Shown here piece by piece: positions 55,981 through 64,000 of a DNA stretch of 64,000 nucleotides (position 1 is the first letter of the stretch; the number at the start of each line of letters is the position of its first letter). The position numbers and the translations under genes were made by a program. Below the pieces are notes generated by a model. That model was not told where the DNA came from and searched no databases. It saw nothing but the letters and a program-made list of their open reading frames with translations. Source of the stretch: Candidatus Limnocylindrales bacterium. Lineage in GTDB: Bacteria; Chloroflexota; Limnocylindria; Limnocylindrales; CSP1-4. Location: positions 15,012 through 79,011 of the forward strand of contig DASSMQ010000006.1 in assembly GCA_035688805.1 (NCBI GenBank), written 5' to 3'.

Positions 55981-56964
55981 GTGGCTCCCGTCCAGCGTCC
56001 GGTCCTCGCACTCCAGGTCGCGCGGCTCTTCTTCGACCGGCGGATGACGCGCATCGAGATCGCCGCCCAGCTCGGGATCTCGCGCTTCCGCGTCGCTCGA
56101 CTGCTCGACGGCGCCCTCGCTGACGGTCTCGTCCGCGTCGAGTACCGCGATCTGCCGATCGAGGACCGCGACGTCGCCAGACGGCTCGAGGACCGGTTCG
56201 GACTCGGCCTGTGCGCGGTAGCGGCCGACGGTCCGAGCCCGACCGCCGGCGCGGTCGCGGAACTCGCGGGCTCGCTGCTCGATGGGCTCATCGGCCAGGA
56301 CGAGACCGTCGGTATCGCGTGGGGCTCGACGCTGGCGGCCGTGGTCGCCGCGGTGCCACCGCGCCACGATCCGTCGATCCGGGTGGTCCAGCTCGCCGGG
56401 TCCTCCAGCCGGCTGGTCGGAGGGCGCGATGCCGGGGAACTGACTCGGGCCCTGGCCGCGCGACTCGGTGCTGCTCACCATGCGATCTACGCCCCGGCCG
56501 TGGTCGACTCCGCCATCGTCCGCGAGGCACTCGTCCGGGCGCCCGAGGTCGCCGACGCGGTGGGTCGGTTCGACGACATCAGCCTGGCGGTCGTCGGCAT
56601 CGGGGTGATCCCCGCGGACGGGGTCACACCCGCGTCATCGCTGATTCGATCCGGAGCGCTCGATGCGGCGGACATCCGACGGATGGTCGACCTCGGCGCG
56701 GTCGGCGAGCTCGTGGTCCATCCGTTCGATCTCGACGGCCGATTCGTCGACGCGGCGCTGGCGGCTCGCGCGATCGCCATCGACATCGATCGGCTGCGAG
56801 CGATCGGCCGCGTCGTCGCGGTCGCATGGGGAGTCGACAAGGCGACGGCCATCCGGGGTGCCCTGCGGTCGGGCGTCGTGGACATGCTGGTGACGGACGC
56901 TCGGACCGCCGCGGCCGTCCTCGAGGTCGATGATCAGCTCCGCTCGGCGACCCTCGATGGCTGA
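55981..56964 (+). CDS. SorC/DeoR-family sugar-binding transcriptional regulator
   Basis: N-terminal HTH (MTRIEIAAQLGISRFRVARLL) and a putative sugar-binding SorC domain. Confidence 0.7.
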   Translation: MAPVQRPVLALQVARLFFDRRMTRIEIAAQLGISRFRVARLLDGALADGLVRVEYRDLPIEDRDVARRLEDRFGLGLCAVAADGPSPTAGAVAELAGSLLDGLIGQDETVGIAWGSTLAAVVAAVPPRHDPSIRVVQLAGSSSRLVGGRDAGELTRALAARLGAAHHAIYAPAVVDSAIVREALVRAPEVADAVGRFDDISLAVVGIGVIPADGVTPASSLIRSGALDAADIRRMVDLGAVGELVVHPFDLDGRFVDAALAARAIAIDIDRLRAIGRVVAVAWGVDKATAIRGALRSGVVDMLVTDARTAAAVLEVDDQLRSATLDG

Positions 56965-57757
56965 CCGACTCCGGGGACGGACGCTGCTCGTGACCGGCTC
57001 CACGGGCATCGCGGCCGCGACCGCCGTGCGCGCGGCGACCGAGGGCGCCCGAGTGTTCGTGATCTCGCGCGCAGCAGATCACGCAGCAGCGCTCGCCGAC
57101 CGTGTCGCAGGTGGGTGGGCCGCGGCCGATCTGACCGATGAGTCGGCCGTCGATGCCGCGGTTCGCGCTGCCATGGATCATCTCGGCCGGATCGACGCCG
57201 CCTTTTCGGCGGCCGGCGGGAGCGGCCGTCGATTCGGCGACGGTCCGATCCACGAGCTCACAGCTGCGGCGTGGGAGGCAACGGCCGGCTTGAACCTCCG
57301 AACCCAGGTCCTCGTCTGCGGCCGGGTCATCCGCGCGATGCGCGAGCAAGCGCTCGACGCGGACGGCGGTCGCGGATCCCTCCTGCTCCTCGGTAGCGTG
57401 ACGGCGACCGCACCCGTGCCCGAGTGGTTCGGGACCCACGCCTATGCGACCGCCAAGGGGGCACTGACCGCCCTGATGACCTCGCTCGCAGCGACCTACA
57501 TCGCGGACCGGATCCGGGTGAACCTCCTCGTGCCCTCGCTGACCGCGACGCCGATGGCGGCGCGAGCCGCTGCCGACGCGCGGATCCTCGCCTATGCCGC
57601 CCGCAAGCAGCCGCTGGCGGGGCCGATGCTCGACCCCGACGAGGTGGCCAAGGCGGCGCTCTTCTTCCTGTCCGACGAGTCGCGGGCCGTCACCGGCCAG
57701 TCGCTGGCCGTCGATGGTGGCTGGTCCATCGTGTCGACCGGCGCGGAGCTGACGTGA
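56957..57757 (+). CDS. SDR family oxidoreductase
   Basis: LLVTGSTGIAAA Rossmann motif and the YATAKGAL catalytic YxxxK. Confidence 0.8.
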   Translation: MADRLRGRTLLVTGSTGIAAATAVRAATEGARVFVISRAADHAAALADRVAGGWAAADLTDESAVDAAVRAAMDHLGRIDAAFSAAGGSGRRFGDGPIHELTAAAWEATAGLNLRTQVLVCGRVIRAMREQALDADGGRGSLLLLGSVTATAPVPEWFGTHAYATAKGALTALMTSLAATYIADRIRVNLLVPSLTATPMAARAAADARILAYAARKQPLAGPMLDPDEVAKAALFFLSDESRAVTGQSLAVDGGWSIVSTGAELT

Positions 57758-59103
57758 CCAGCGATCGATGGCCGCTCATCGCCGATGTCGACGTGGGCAT
57801 CGTGGGCGGTGGCTCGGCGGGGTCCACTGCCGCGATCGCTGCGGCCCGGCAGGGCGCGTCGGTCCTGCTTATCGATCGACTGCCCTTCCTGGGCGGCACG
57901 AGCACGGCGGTCCTCGACACGTTCTACGGCTTCGTCACCCCCGGTGAGCGGCCGCGCAAGGTGGTCGGCGGCGTGGCCGACGAGATCGTCGCCGGCCTGC
58001 GCCGACTCGGGCCGGTCGTCGAGCGACCCAACACGTACGGCGCGGGGACCGGGATCACCTATCTACCGGATCACCTGAAGGTGGTGTGGGAGGACGCGGT
58101 GGCCGGTTCCGGATCCCGGGTCCTGCTGCATGCGATGCTCCAGGAGGCGGACGTCGCCGACGGCCGGGTCCGGTCGGTCCTGGTCGCGACCCGCGGCGGC
58201 CTCGTGCGGATCCGCGCGCGGGTGTTCATCGATGCGTCCGGCGACGCCGACCTATGCGCCGCCGCCAACCTTGGCTACGAGATCGCCGGCGCCGTCGAGC
58301 CCGCCCAGACGCTGACGACCACGTTCCGGATGACCAACGTGGACCTCGAACGGCGACGAACAGTGTCGAAGGCCGATCTCCATGCGCGCATGGCCGACGC
58401 TGCGGCAAGCGGCGACTACGACCTGCCGCGGCGGGATGGCAGCGACCACGTCACGCCGATCGACGGCGTCATGGCGACGGTCATGACTCGCCTCGCGTCG
58501 ACGCGCGCGGGGCTCGACGGGCACTTGGTCGACGTCACCGATCCATGGTTCCTGACCGAGGTGGAGATGGCGGGACGCCGCCAGGTGCTCGACTATGTCC
58601 GCTTCCTGCGCGATCGCGTCCCGGGCTATGAGGACGCCTCGCTGGTCGGGGTCGGAACCCAGATCGGGGTGCGCGAGACACGGCGGGTCTTCGGGGATGC
58701 GCGCCTCACGGGCGACGACGTCCTCGCTGCCCGCCAGTTCGACGATCAGATCGGCCTGTGCGGCGCCCCGATCGAGGACCACCATCCCGGCAGTGACACG
58801 GCCTGGCGCTACCTGCCCGAGGGCCGGGCCGTGGGGATCCCGTATCGAGCGTTGGTCGTGCGCGACGCGGCGAACGTCCTCGTCGCGGGCCGCTGCTTCA
58901 GCGCGACCCACGAGGCGCATGCCGCGGTCCGCTCGATGGCCCAGTGCATGGCGATGGGCCAGGCGGCCGGGACGGCCGCCGCGATCGCGGTCGGCGATGG
59001 CGTCGACCCGCGCGAGATCGACGCGACCGCGCTGCGCGACGCGCTTCGGCGCGATGGCGCCGTCGTCGACCTCGATCGGGCGCCGGCATGGGTGGCGGCA
59101 TGA
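57754..59103 (+). CDS. FAD-dependent oxidoreductase
   Basis: GIVGGGSAGSTAAIAAARQGASVLLIDR dinucleotide-binding motif; the GTG start overlaps the SDR stop. Confidence 0.7.
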   Translation: MTSDRWPLIADVDVGIVGGGSAGSTAAIAAARQGASVLLIDRLPFLGGTSTAVLDTFYGFVTPGERPRKVVGGVADEIVAGLRRLGPVVERPNTYGAGTGITYLPDHLKVVWEDAVAGSGSRVLLHAMLQEADVADGRVRSVLVATRGGLVRIRARVFIDASGDADLCAAANLGYEIAGAVEPAQTLTTTFRMTNVDLERRRTVSKADLHARMADAAASGDYDLPRRDGSDHVTPIDGVMATVMTRLASTRAGLDGHLVDVTDPWFLTEVEMAGRRQVLDYVRFLRDRVPGYEDASLVGVGTQIGVRETRRVFGDARLTGDDVLAARQFDDQIGLCGAPIEDHHPGSDTAWRYLPEGRAVGIPYRALVVRDAANVLVAGRCFSATHEAHAAVRSMAQCMAMGQAAGTAAAIAVGDGVDPREIDATALRDALRRDGAVVDLDRAPAWVAA

Positions 59104-60083
59104 CGGCCGCGCGGTTCGTTCGAACCGTGCTCGGCGATATCGACCCGGTCGAGCTCGGGGTGACGTACGCCCACGAGCACCTGGTCATCGACGGCGGCCG
59201 CCCCGTTCTGATGGAACCCGACTTCGATCTCGCCGACGTCGACGCGATGGTCGCCGAGGTCGGCGCGGCCGTCGATCTCGGGCTGGGCGCGGTCGTCGAC
59301 GCGATGCCCTGCGATGCCGGTCGCAATGCCGCCAAGCTCGCGGAGATCTCGCGGCGCACCGGCGTGCAGGTCATCGCATCGACGGGATTGCACCACGAGC
59401 GCTACTACGGACCCGCCCATTGGTCGCATCGGATCGACGTCGAGGAGCTGGCCGACTTGTTCGTGGCCGACATCGAGATGGGCATCGACGCCAACGACTA
59501 CTCGGGTCCCGTCGTCCACCGGATGGCCCACCGCGCCGGCGTCATCAAGGTGGCCGGATCCGCGGGCGGCCTGTCCGACCGGGACCGACCGGTCTTCGAG
59601 GCGGCGGCGGCGGCACATCACCGCACGGGCGCCCCGATCCTGACCCACTGCGAGGGTGGGACCGGCGCCCTCGAGCAGGTGGCCTACCTGCTCGACCGGG
59701 GAGTCGAACCGGATGGCCTCGCCCTGAGCCACGTCGACAAGGTCCTTGACCGCGGCTATCACCGCGACCTGCTGGCCACCGGCGCGACGGCCGAGTACGA
59801 CGGCAGCTTCCGCTGGGGCGACGCACCGAACGGGACGCTCCAGTTGCTCGAGTGGATGACCGAGGACGGCCTCTCGGATCGGATCGTCCTCGGCATGGAC
59901 GCCGCGCGACGGGGCTACTACGCGGTGTACGGTGGGACACCGGGCCTGCGCTGGCTGCTCGACGGCTTCTCGTCGGCGATGGATGCGCGCGGCCTCGGAC
60001 CAGAGCTGCGGCACCGCTGGTTCGTCGAGGTCCCGGCCCGCGTCTTCTCGTTCGGCGCTGTCGATGGAGGGCCTACTGCATGA
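59100..60083 (+). CDS. phosphotriesterase-family (PTE/Php-like) metal-dependent hydrolase
   Basis: GVTYAHEHL metal-binding His pair and a TIM-barrel amidohydrolase layout; ATGA coupling on both sides. Confidence 0.7.
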   Translation: MTAARFVRTVLGDIDPVELGVTYAHEHLVIDGGRPVLMEPDFDLADVDAMVAEVGAAVDLGLGAVVDAMPCDAGRNAAKLAEISRRTGVQVIASTGLHHERYYGPAHWSHRIDVEELADLFVADIEMGIDANDYSGPVVHRMAHRAGVIKVAGSAGGLSDRDRPVFEAAAAAHHRTGAPILTHCEGGTGALEQVAYLLDRGVEPDGLALSHVDKVLDRGYHRDLLATGATAEYDGSFRWGDAPNGTLQLLEWMTEDGLSDRIVLGMDAARRGYYAVYGGTPGLRWLLDGFSSAMDARGLGPELRHRWFVEVPARVFSFGAVDGGPTA

Positions 60084-61135
60084 CCGATGGGCTGCGCACC
60101 AGCGTCGTCGGATCGCACGCCCGACCGTCCTGGTTCGTCGCCGGGATCGCCGCCGCGGAACGCGGGGAATTCGGGCCGGCCGACCTCGCCGAGATGCTCG
60201 ACGACGGGGTGGACCTCGCGATCCGCGACCAGGAGGATGCGGGTATCGACCTGGTCAGCGACGGGGAGATGCGCCGTGCCGGATTCTTCACCGCCGAGTT
60301 CTACCTGCGGATCAGCGGCGTCCGGGCCCTGCCAGCGGACCGCCGACTCGGCGCCGGTGGCCACGACCAGCAGCATCGGTTCGAGGTCCTCGAGCCGATC
60401 GCCGCGCCCGACGGCCTCGGCGTGGTCGCCGAGTACCGCTACGCCGCGACTCGCGCGCATCGGCCGCTGAAGGTGACCATCCCCGGTCCGTACACGCTTT
60501 CTGGTCGGTTGCGCACCGGTCCCGGCGAGGTCTACCGCGACCGGGAGGCCGCCGCCGAGGCATTCGTGCCGATCCTGCGGGACGAGCTCCAGGCGCTGGT
60601 CGCTGCGGGCGCGCAGCACATCCAGATCGATGACCCGTCGCCGGCGATCCACCCGGATGCCCCGTCGGATGTGGCCGGGTTGTTCAACGCCGCCGTCGAG
60701 CCCGTGGTCGGTCGGGTCAGGCTGGGGGCGCACCTGTGCTTCGGCAACTACCTCGGACGGCCACTCGCACGGCGCACCTACCGGCCCGTGATGCGGGCCA
60801 TGCTCGAATTCCGCGTCGACGAGCTCGTCCTGGAGTTCGCCAATCGGGAGATGGCCGAGGTCGAGCTGCTCGGGGAGATCGCCTCGGCCGGGCGCGACGT
60901 CGCCGCGGGGATCGTCGATGTCAAGAACTACCACCTCGAGACGCCCGACGAGGTCGCCGAGCGTGCGGACGCGGTCCTCGCCGCGGGCGTTCCGGCTGAG
61001 CGGCTCAGCCTCGTCCCAGACTGTGGGTTCAGCCAGACGGCTCGCTGGGCGACCGTCGCCAAGCTTCGCGCACTCGTCGCCGGCCGCGACCTGGTCGCCG
61101 GTCGCGTCGGTCGACAGGAGGGATCGCATGGATAG
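60080..61135 (+). CDS. cobalamin-independent methionine synthase (MetE) C-terminal-domain-like / UROD-like protein
   Basis: VVGSHARP...IQIDDPS...HLCFGNY...VPDCGF, the MetE catalytic-domain zinc-ligand pattern. Confidence 0.6.
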   Translation: MTDGLRTSVVGSHARPSWFVAGIAAAERGEFGPADLAEMLDDGVDLAIRDQEDAGIDLVSDGEMRRAGFFTAEFYLRISGVRALPADRRLGAGGHDQQHRFEVLEPIAAPDGLGVVAEYRYAATRAHRPLKVTIPGPYTLSGRLRTGPGEVYRDREAAAEAFVPILRDELQALVAAGAQHIQIDDPSPAIHPDAPSDVAGLFNAAVEPVVGRVRLGAHLCFGNYLGRPLARRTYRPVMRAMLEFRVDELVLEFANREMAEVELLGEIASAGRDVAAGIVDVKNYHLETPDEVAERADAVLAAGVPAERLSLVPDCGFSQTARWATVAKLRALVAGRDLVAGRVGRQEGSHG

Positions 61136-62327
61136 CCACCGCATCTCGCTACTCGGCACCGGGCTGATCGGTGACTTCTACACCTCGACGCTGCACGGCC
61201 AGCGCGGTCGCGACCGGGTCGAGGTCGTGTATTCGCGCAGCGACGCCCGAACGGCGGCGTTCAAGAAGCGCTGGGATATCCCGGTCGCCACGACCGACAT
61301 CGACGCGGCCATCGAGCATCCCGACACCGACGTCGTGGTGGTCGCCTTGCCCAACTTCCTGCACGTCGACGCGGTCGAGCGGGTCGCCCGCGCGGGGAAG
61401 GCCGTCCTGTGCACCAAGCCACTCGGTCGGACCGCCGACGAGGCGCGCCGGATGCTCGAGGCGGTCGAGTCGGCCGGCGTGTTCGGCGGCTACCTCGAGG
61501 ACCTGGTCTACACGCCAAAGACGCTCAAGGCGGCCGCCGCTGTGGCCGGGGGTGCCGTCGGCGAGGTGACGTGGGTCCGCTCGCGCGAGGCCCATCCGGG
61601 CCCGCACTCGGCCTGGTTCTGGGATGGCCGTCTGACCGGTGGCGGCGCGATCATCGACCTGGGCTGTCATTGCATCGAGATCATCCGGACCTTCGTCGGC
61701 AAGGGCGATCGGCCGGTCGACGTGATGTGCCACACCGACACCCTGGTCCACCCGATCAGCGACGAGGACAACGCCGTCGCGCTCATCCGATTCGAATCGG
61801 GCGCTGTCGGCCAGTTCGAGGTCAGCTGGACGTTCCGGGGCGGCATGGACCTACGCGACGAGGTCGCCGGCACCCACGGCACGATCTGGTTGAACCATTT
61901 CCTGCGGACCGGCTTCGAGATGTTCACGGCCGGCGGCGCCGGGGGCTACGTGGCCGAGAAGGCGGAGACCGAAGCGGGCTGGCTGTTCCCCGTCGGCGAC
62001 GAGACCGCCGAGCTCGGCTACGTCGACATGTTCAGCGACATGTTCCGCGCGATGGAGACGGGCAACGACCCCCGTGAGACCTTCTACGACGGCTACGTCG
62101 TGAACGCGGTCATGGATGCCTGCTACCGGTCGGCGGCGAGCGGCAACTGGGCCCCGGTCGACCTCGAGTGGCGCGGCGGCACGACCGCGCGCATCGCGTC
62201 GACACCGGAACGGTACGAGGGCCAGGTCGTCATCAAGCGCGAGATGCTGCCCGACGGCCGGCACAAGCTGATCCTCAAGGACGAGGCGACCGGCGACTTC
62301 AGCGATCGCGTGGTGGCGGCAGGCTGA
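61128..62327 (+). CDS. Gfo/Idh/MocA family oxidoreductase
   Basis: [16 protein letters not shown](P) Rossmann motif and C-terminal alpha/beta domain; 399 aa. Confidence 0.8.
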   Translation: MDSHRISLLGTGLIGDFYTSTLHGQRGRDRVEVVYSRSDARTAAFKKRWDIPVATTDIDAAIEHPDTDVVVVALPNFLHVDAVERVARAGKAVLCTKPLGRTADEARRMLEAVESAGVFGGYLEDLVYTPKTLKAAAAVAGGAVGEVTWVRSREAHPGPHSAWFWDGRLTGGGAIIDLGCHCIEIIRTFVGKGDRPVDVMCHTDTLVHPISDEDNAVALIRFESGAVGQFEVSWTFRGGMDLRDEVAGTHGTIWLNHFLRTGFEMFTAGGAGGYVAEKAETEAGWLFPVGDETAELGYVDMFSDMFRAMETGNDPRETFYDGYVVNAVMDACYRSAASGNWAPVDLEWRGGTTARIASTPERYEGQVVIKREMLPDGRHKLILKDEATGDFSDRVVAAG

Positions 62328-62343
62328 CGGCCCGCCGCCCGCG

Positions 62344-63690
62344 TCAGCCGGTCGGGGCGAGCCGCAGCGCCGGTGCCGCGGCCGGGTGACCGGCCTCGAG
62401 CCAGCGGCCGATCGACTCGCGCGCGAACAGCTGGTCAACGACCATCGCCGACGCGCCGATGACGCCGGCGAGGCCGCCGAGCGACGAGTGGGCGATGCGC
62501 AGGTCCCGCGTCGCCAGAGGCAACGATCGGCGCTCGACCGTCTGGCGGATCGCGGCGATGAACGACTCCGGGCTATTCGCGACGCCGCCGCCGATCACGA
62601 TCAGCGACGGGTTGAAGAAGTTCACGACGCTCGCCAGCATCGACCCGACCCGGCGGCCGGCCGTGTCGAGCATGGCCGCCGCCACGGGGTCGCCGAAGGA
62701 TGCGGCTCGCGCGACGTCCTCGGCCGTGACCTGGCCGGTCCGGTCGAGGGCCCCGGCCAGACGCACGCTGCGACCCTCCCGGGCGGCGAGTTCGCCCGCT
62801 CGCCCCAGAGCGCCACCACCGGCATATGCCTCGAGGCACCCGACGTTCCCACACCGGCAGACGACCGAGGGGTCGTCCGAGACGCCGATATGGCCGACGT
62901 CCCCGGCACTGCCCTGGGCGCCGCGATGGAGGCGACCGTCGGAGATGATCCCGGCCCCGATCCCGGTCCCGACCTTGATGACGACCACGTTGTCGTGGCC
63001 CGACGCGACCCCGGATCGCCATTCCCCGAGGGCCAGCAGGTTGACGTCGTTGTCGACCCAGACCGGCGCCGCGTAGCGCTCTTCGAAGCGCTCCCGGATC
63101 GGGTAGCCGTCCCAGCCGGGCATGATCGGCGGGGAGATCGGTCGACCGGACCCGAACTCGACGGGACCTGGGACACCCACACCGACCCCCCACAGCCGAC
63201 CCGGCACGTCCTTGGCGGTCGCCAGGAGCAGCGCGAACAGGGCGTCGACGCGATCAAGGCACGCCTCGGGGCCGTCCTCGATGCGGGCCGGCTCGTCATG
63301 ATGGCCGAGGATCCGGCCGTCGAGCGTGGTCAGGGCGACGTCGATGCTGGTCGCACCGAGATCGGCGACGAGCACGTGCCCGGCCGTCGCCTTGAACGCC
63401 AGCTGGCGGGGCGGGCGTCCGCCGGTGCTGGGCCCGACGGGGCCTTCGCTGATCAGGCCCCGGTCGAGCAACTCGCCGACCCGACGCGCGACGATCGCGC
63501 GACCGAGCCCCGTCCGCTCGACGAGCTCCGAGCGCGACCGAGACCGCCCCAGGCGGATCTCATCCAGGACCGTGACCAAGTCGTCGAGCACTTCGTCCGG
63601 TAGCGCCGGCGCGGTAGGCGTCGGCAGGTCCTCGTCCACGCCGCGATGATACCCACCGACCCTTGTCACGACCACTTTTGCACTTGACAC
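62344..63690 (-). CDS. ROK family transcriptional regulator
   Basis: N-terminal wHTH (SELVERTGLGRAIVARRVGELL); ROK sugar-kinase-like fold with zinc motif CRCGNVGCLE; GTG start. Confidence 0.8.
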   Translation of the reverse strand: MSSAKVVVTRVGGYHRGVDEDLPTPTAPALPDEVLDDLVTVLDEIRLGRSRSRSELVERTGLGRAIVARRVGELLDRGLISEGPVGPSTGGRPPRQLAFKATAGHVLVADLGATSIDVALTTLDGRILGHHDEPARIEDGPEACLDRVDALFALLLATAKDVPGRLWGVGVGVPGPVEFGSGRPISPPIMPGWDGYPIRERFEERYAAPVWVDNDVNLLALGEWRSGVASGHDNVVVIKVGTGIGAGIISDGRLHRGAQGSAGDVGHIGVSDDPSVVCRCGNVGCLEAYAGGGALGRAGELAAREGRSVRLAGALDRTGQVTAEDVARAASFGDPVAAAMLDTAGRRVGSMLASVVNFFNPSLIVIGGGVANSPESFIAAIRQTVERRSLPLATRDLRIAHSSLGGLAGVIGASAMVVDQLFARESIGRWLEAGHPAAAPALRLAPTG

Positions 63691-63695
63691 GTCAA
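63684..63695. promoter_or_regulatory. 12-bp inverted repeat TTGACacGTCAA overlapping the ROK regulator start codon (candidate operator)
   Basis: Read directly in an AT-richer patch (acttttgcacttgacacgtcaaagtacgat). Confidence 0.3.
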
Positions 63696-63824
63696 AGTAC
63701 GATCGCTCTAGCAGCGAGGATCGTGCGGCGCGCGCAACACGAGGCGCCGCATCGGGTCGCGCAGACCATCTAGACTGTCTAGACCATCACGGCTCGGCGC
63801 CAGGCAGGAGGAGGCCAGACGCCA

Positions 63825-64000
63825 TTGGCGAATCTCGCGTCCGTCGGCGCCGCCGTCATCGGGACCGGCTTCATCGGCACGGTCCACGTCGAGGCGTTGC
63901 GTCGCATCGGGGTCCAGGTCCGCGGTGTGCTCGGCAGTACCCCGGAGCGTGGCGCGGCACGAGCCGACGATCTCGGGGTGGCCACGGCCTACCGAGACCT
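63825..64000 (+). CDS. Gfo/Idh/MocA family oxidoreductase (3' truncated by window edge; start coordinate approximate to 1-2 nt)
   Basis: TTG start after an AGGAGGAGG RBS; LANLASVGAAVIGTGFIGTVHVEALRRIGVQVRGV Rossmann N-terminus. Confidence 0.55.
   Translation, partial: MANLASVGAAVIGTGFIGTVHVEALRRIGVQVRGVLGSTPERGAARADDLGVATAYRD

Overview
High-GC (~70%) Gram-positive, probably actinobacterial, chromosomal window. Most of it is housekeeping, with three accessory blocks worth attention.

Read on both strands, from the start: a partial MenA-like prenyltransferase and a CPBP protease; a SAM methyltransferase; then a Firmicute-style heat-shock locus lepA-(CPBP-like)-hemW-hrcA-grpE-dnaK (all minus strand). 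A perfect CIRCE operator and a near-consensus promoter sit upstream of hrcA, and there is no dnaJ or HspR/HAIR. Next come a membrane protein, rpsT (S20) with a long Ala/Lys/Pro-rich tail, a lipoprotein and a membrane protein. These are followed by a gap-pgk-eno glycolytic operon (pgk also carries a KP-rich tail), an unannotated 46-aa zinc-ribbon gene, a nucleoside phosphorylase, and a 1223-aa secreted lamin-tail-domain surface protein with PT-repeat linkers.

The centre of the window is an SOS mutagenesis cassette: imuA-imuB-(small coupled ORF), then dnaE2. Two perfect TAGAAC-N4-GTTCTA LexA-type boxes lie in divergent intergenic regions, one shared with an OmpR/HK two-component system, the other with a plus-strand block sitting between imuB and dnaE2. 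That block encodes a secreted GH18 hydrolase, a lipoprotein and three tiny single-TM peptides.

After that: a DMT transporter, tRNA-Ala(CGC), a DUF1304-like protein and an unknown protein. Then a translationally coupled D-aminoacylase / M48 peptidase / methyltransferase trio, tRNA-Ala(GGC) and leuS. A CGNR zinc-finger regulator lies divergent from a strong promoter that drives a 38-aa membrane peptide, a 78-aa protein and a PLL/tachylectin-like repeat protein. Downstream are comEA-comEC-holA, a Zn-ribbon protein, rsfS-nadD-obg (coupled), a LysM/M23 peptidase and rho. The window ends with a six-gene overlap-coupled catabolic operon (F420/PPOX-like, SorC, SDR, FAD oxidoreductase, PTE-like hydrolase, MetE-like, Gfo/Idh/MocA) flanked by a ROK regulator.

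The candidates I rate most likely to be novel are the small ORF coupled to imuB, the SOS-box-linked envelope/peptide module inside the mutasome cassette, and the CGNR-linked peptide/lectin unit.
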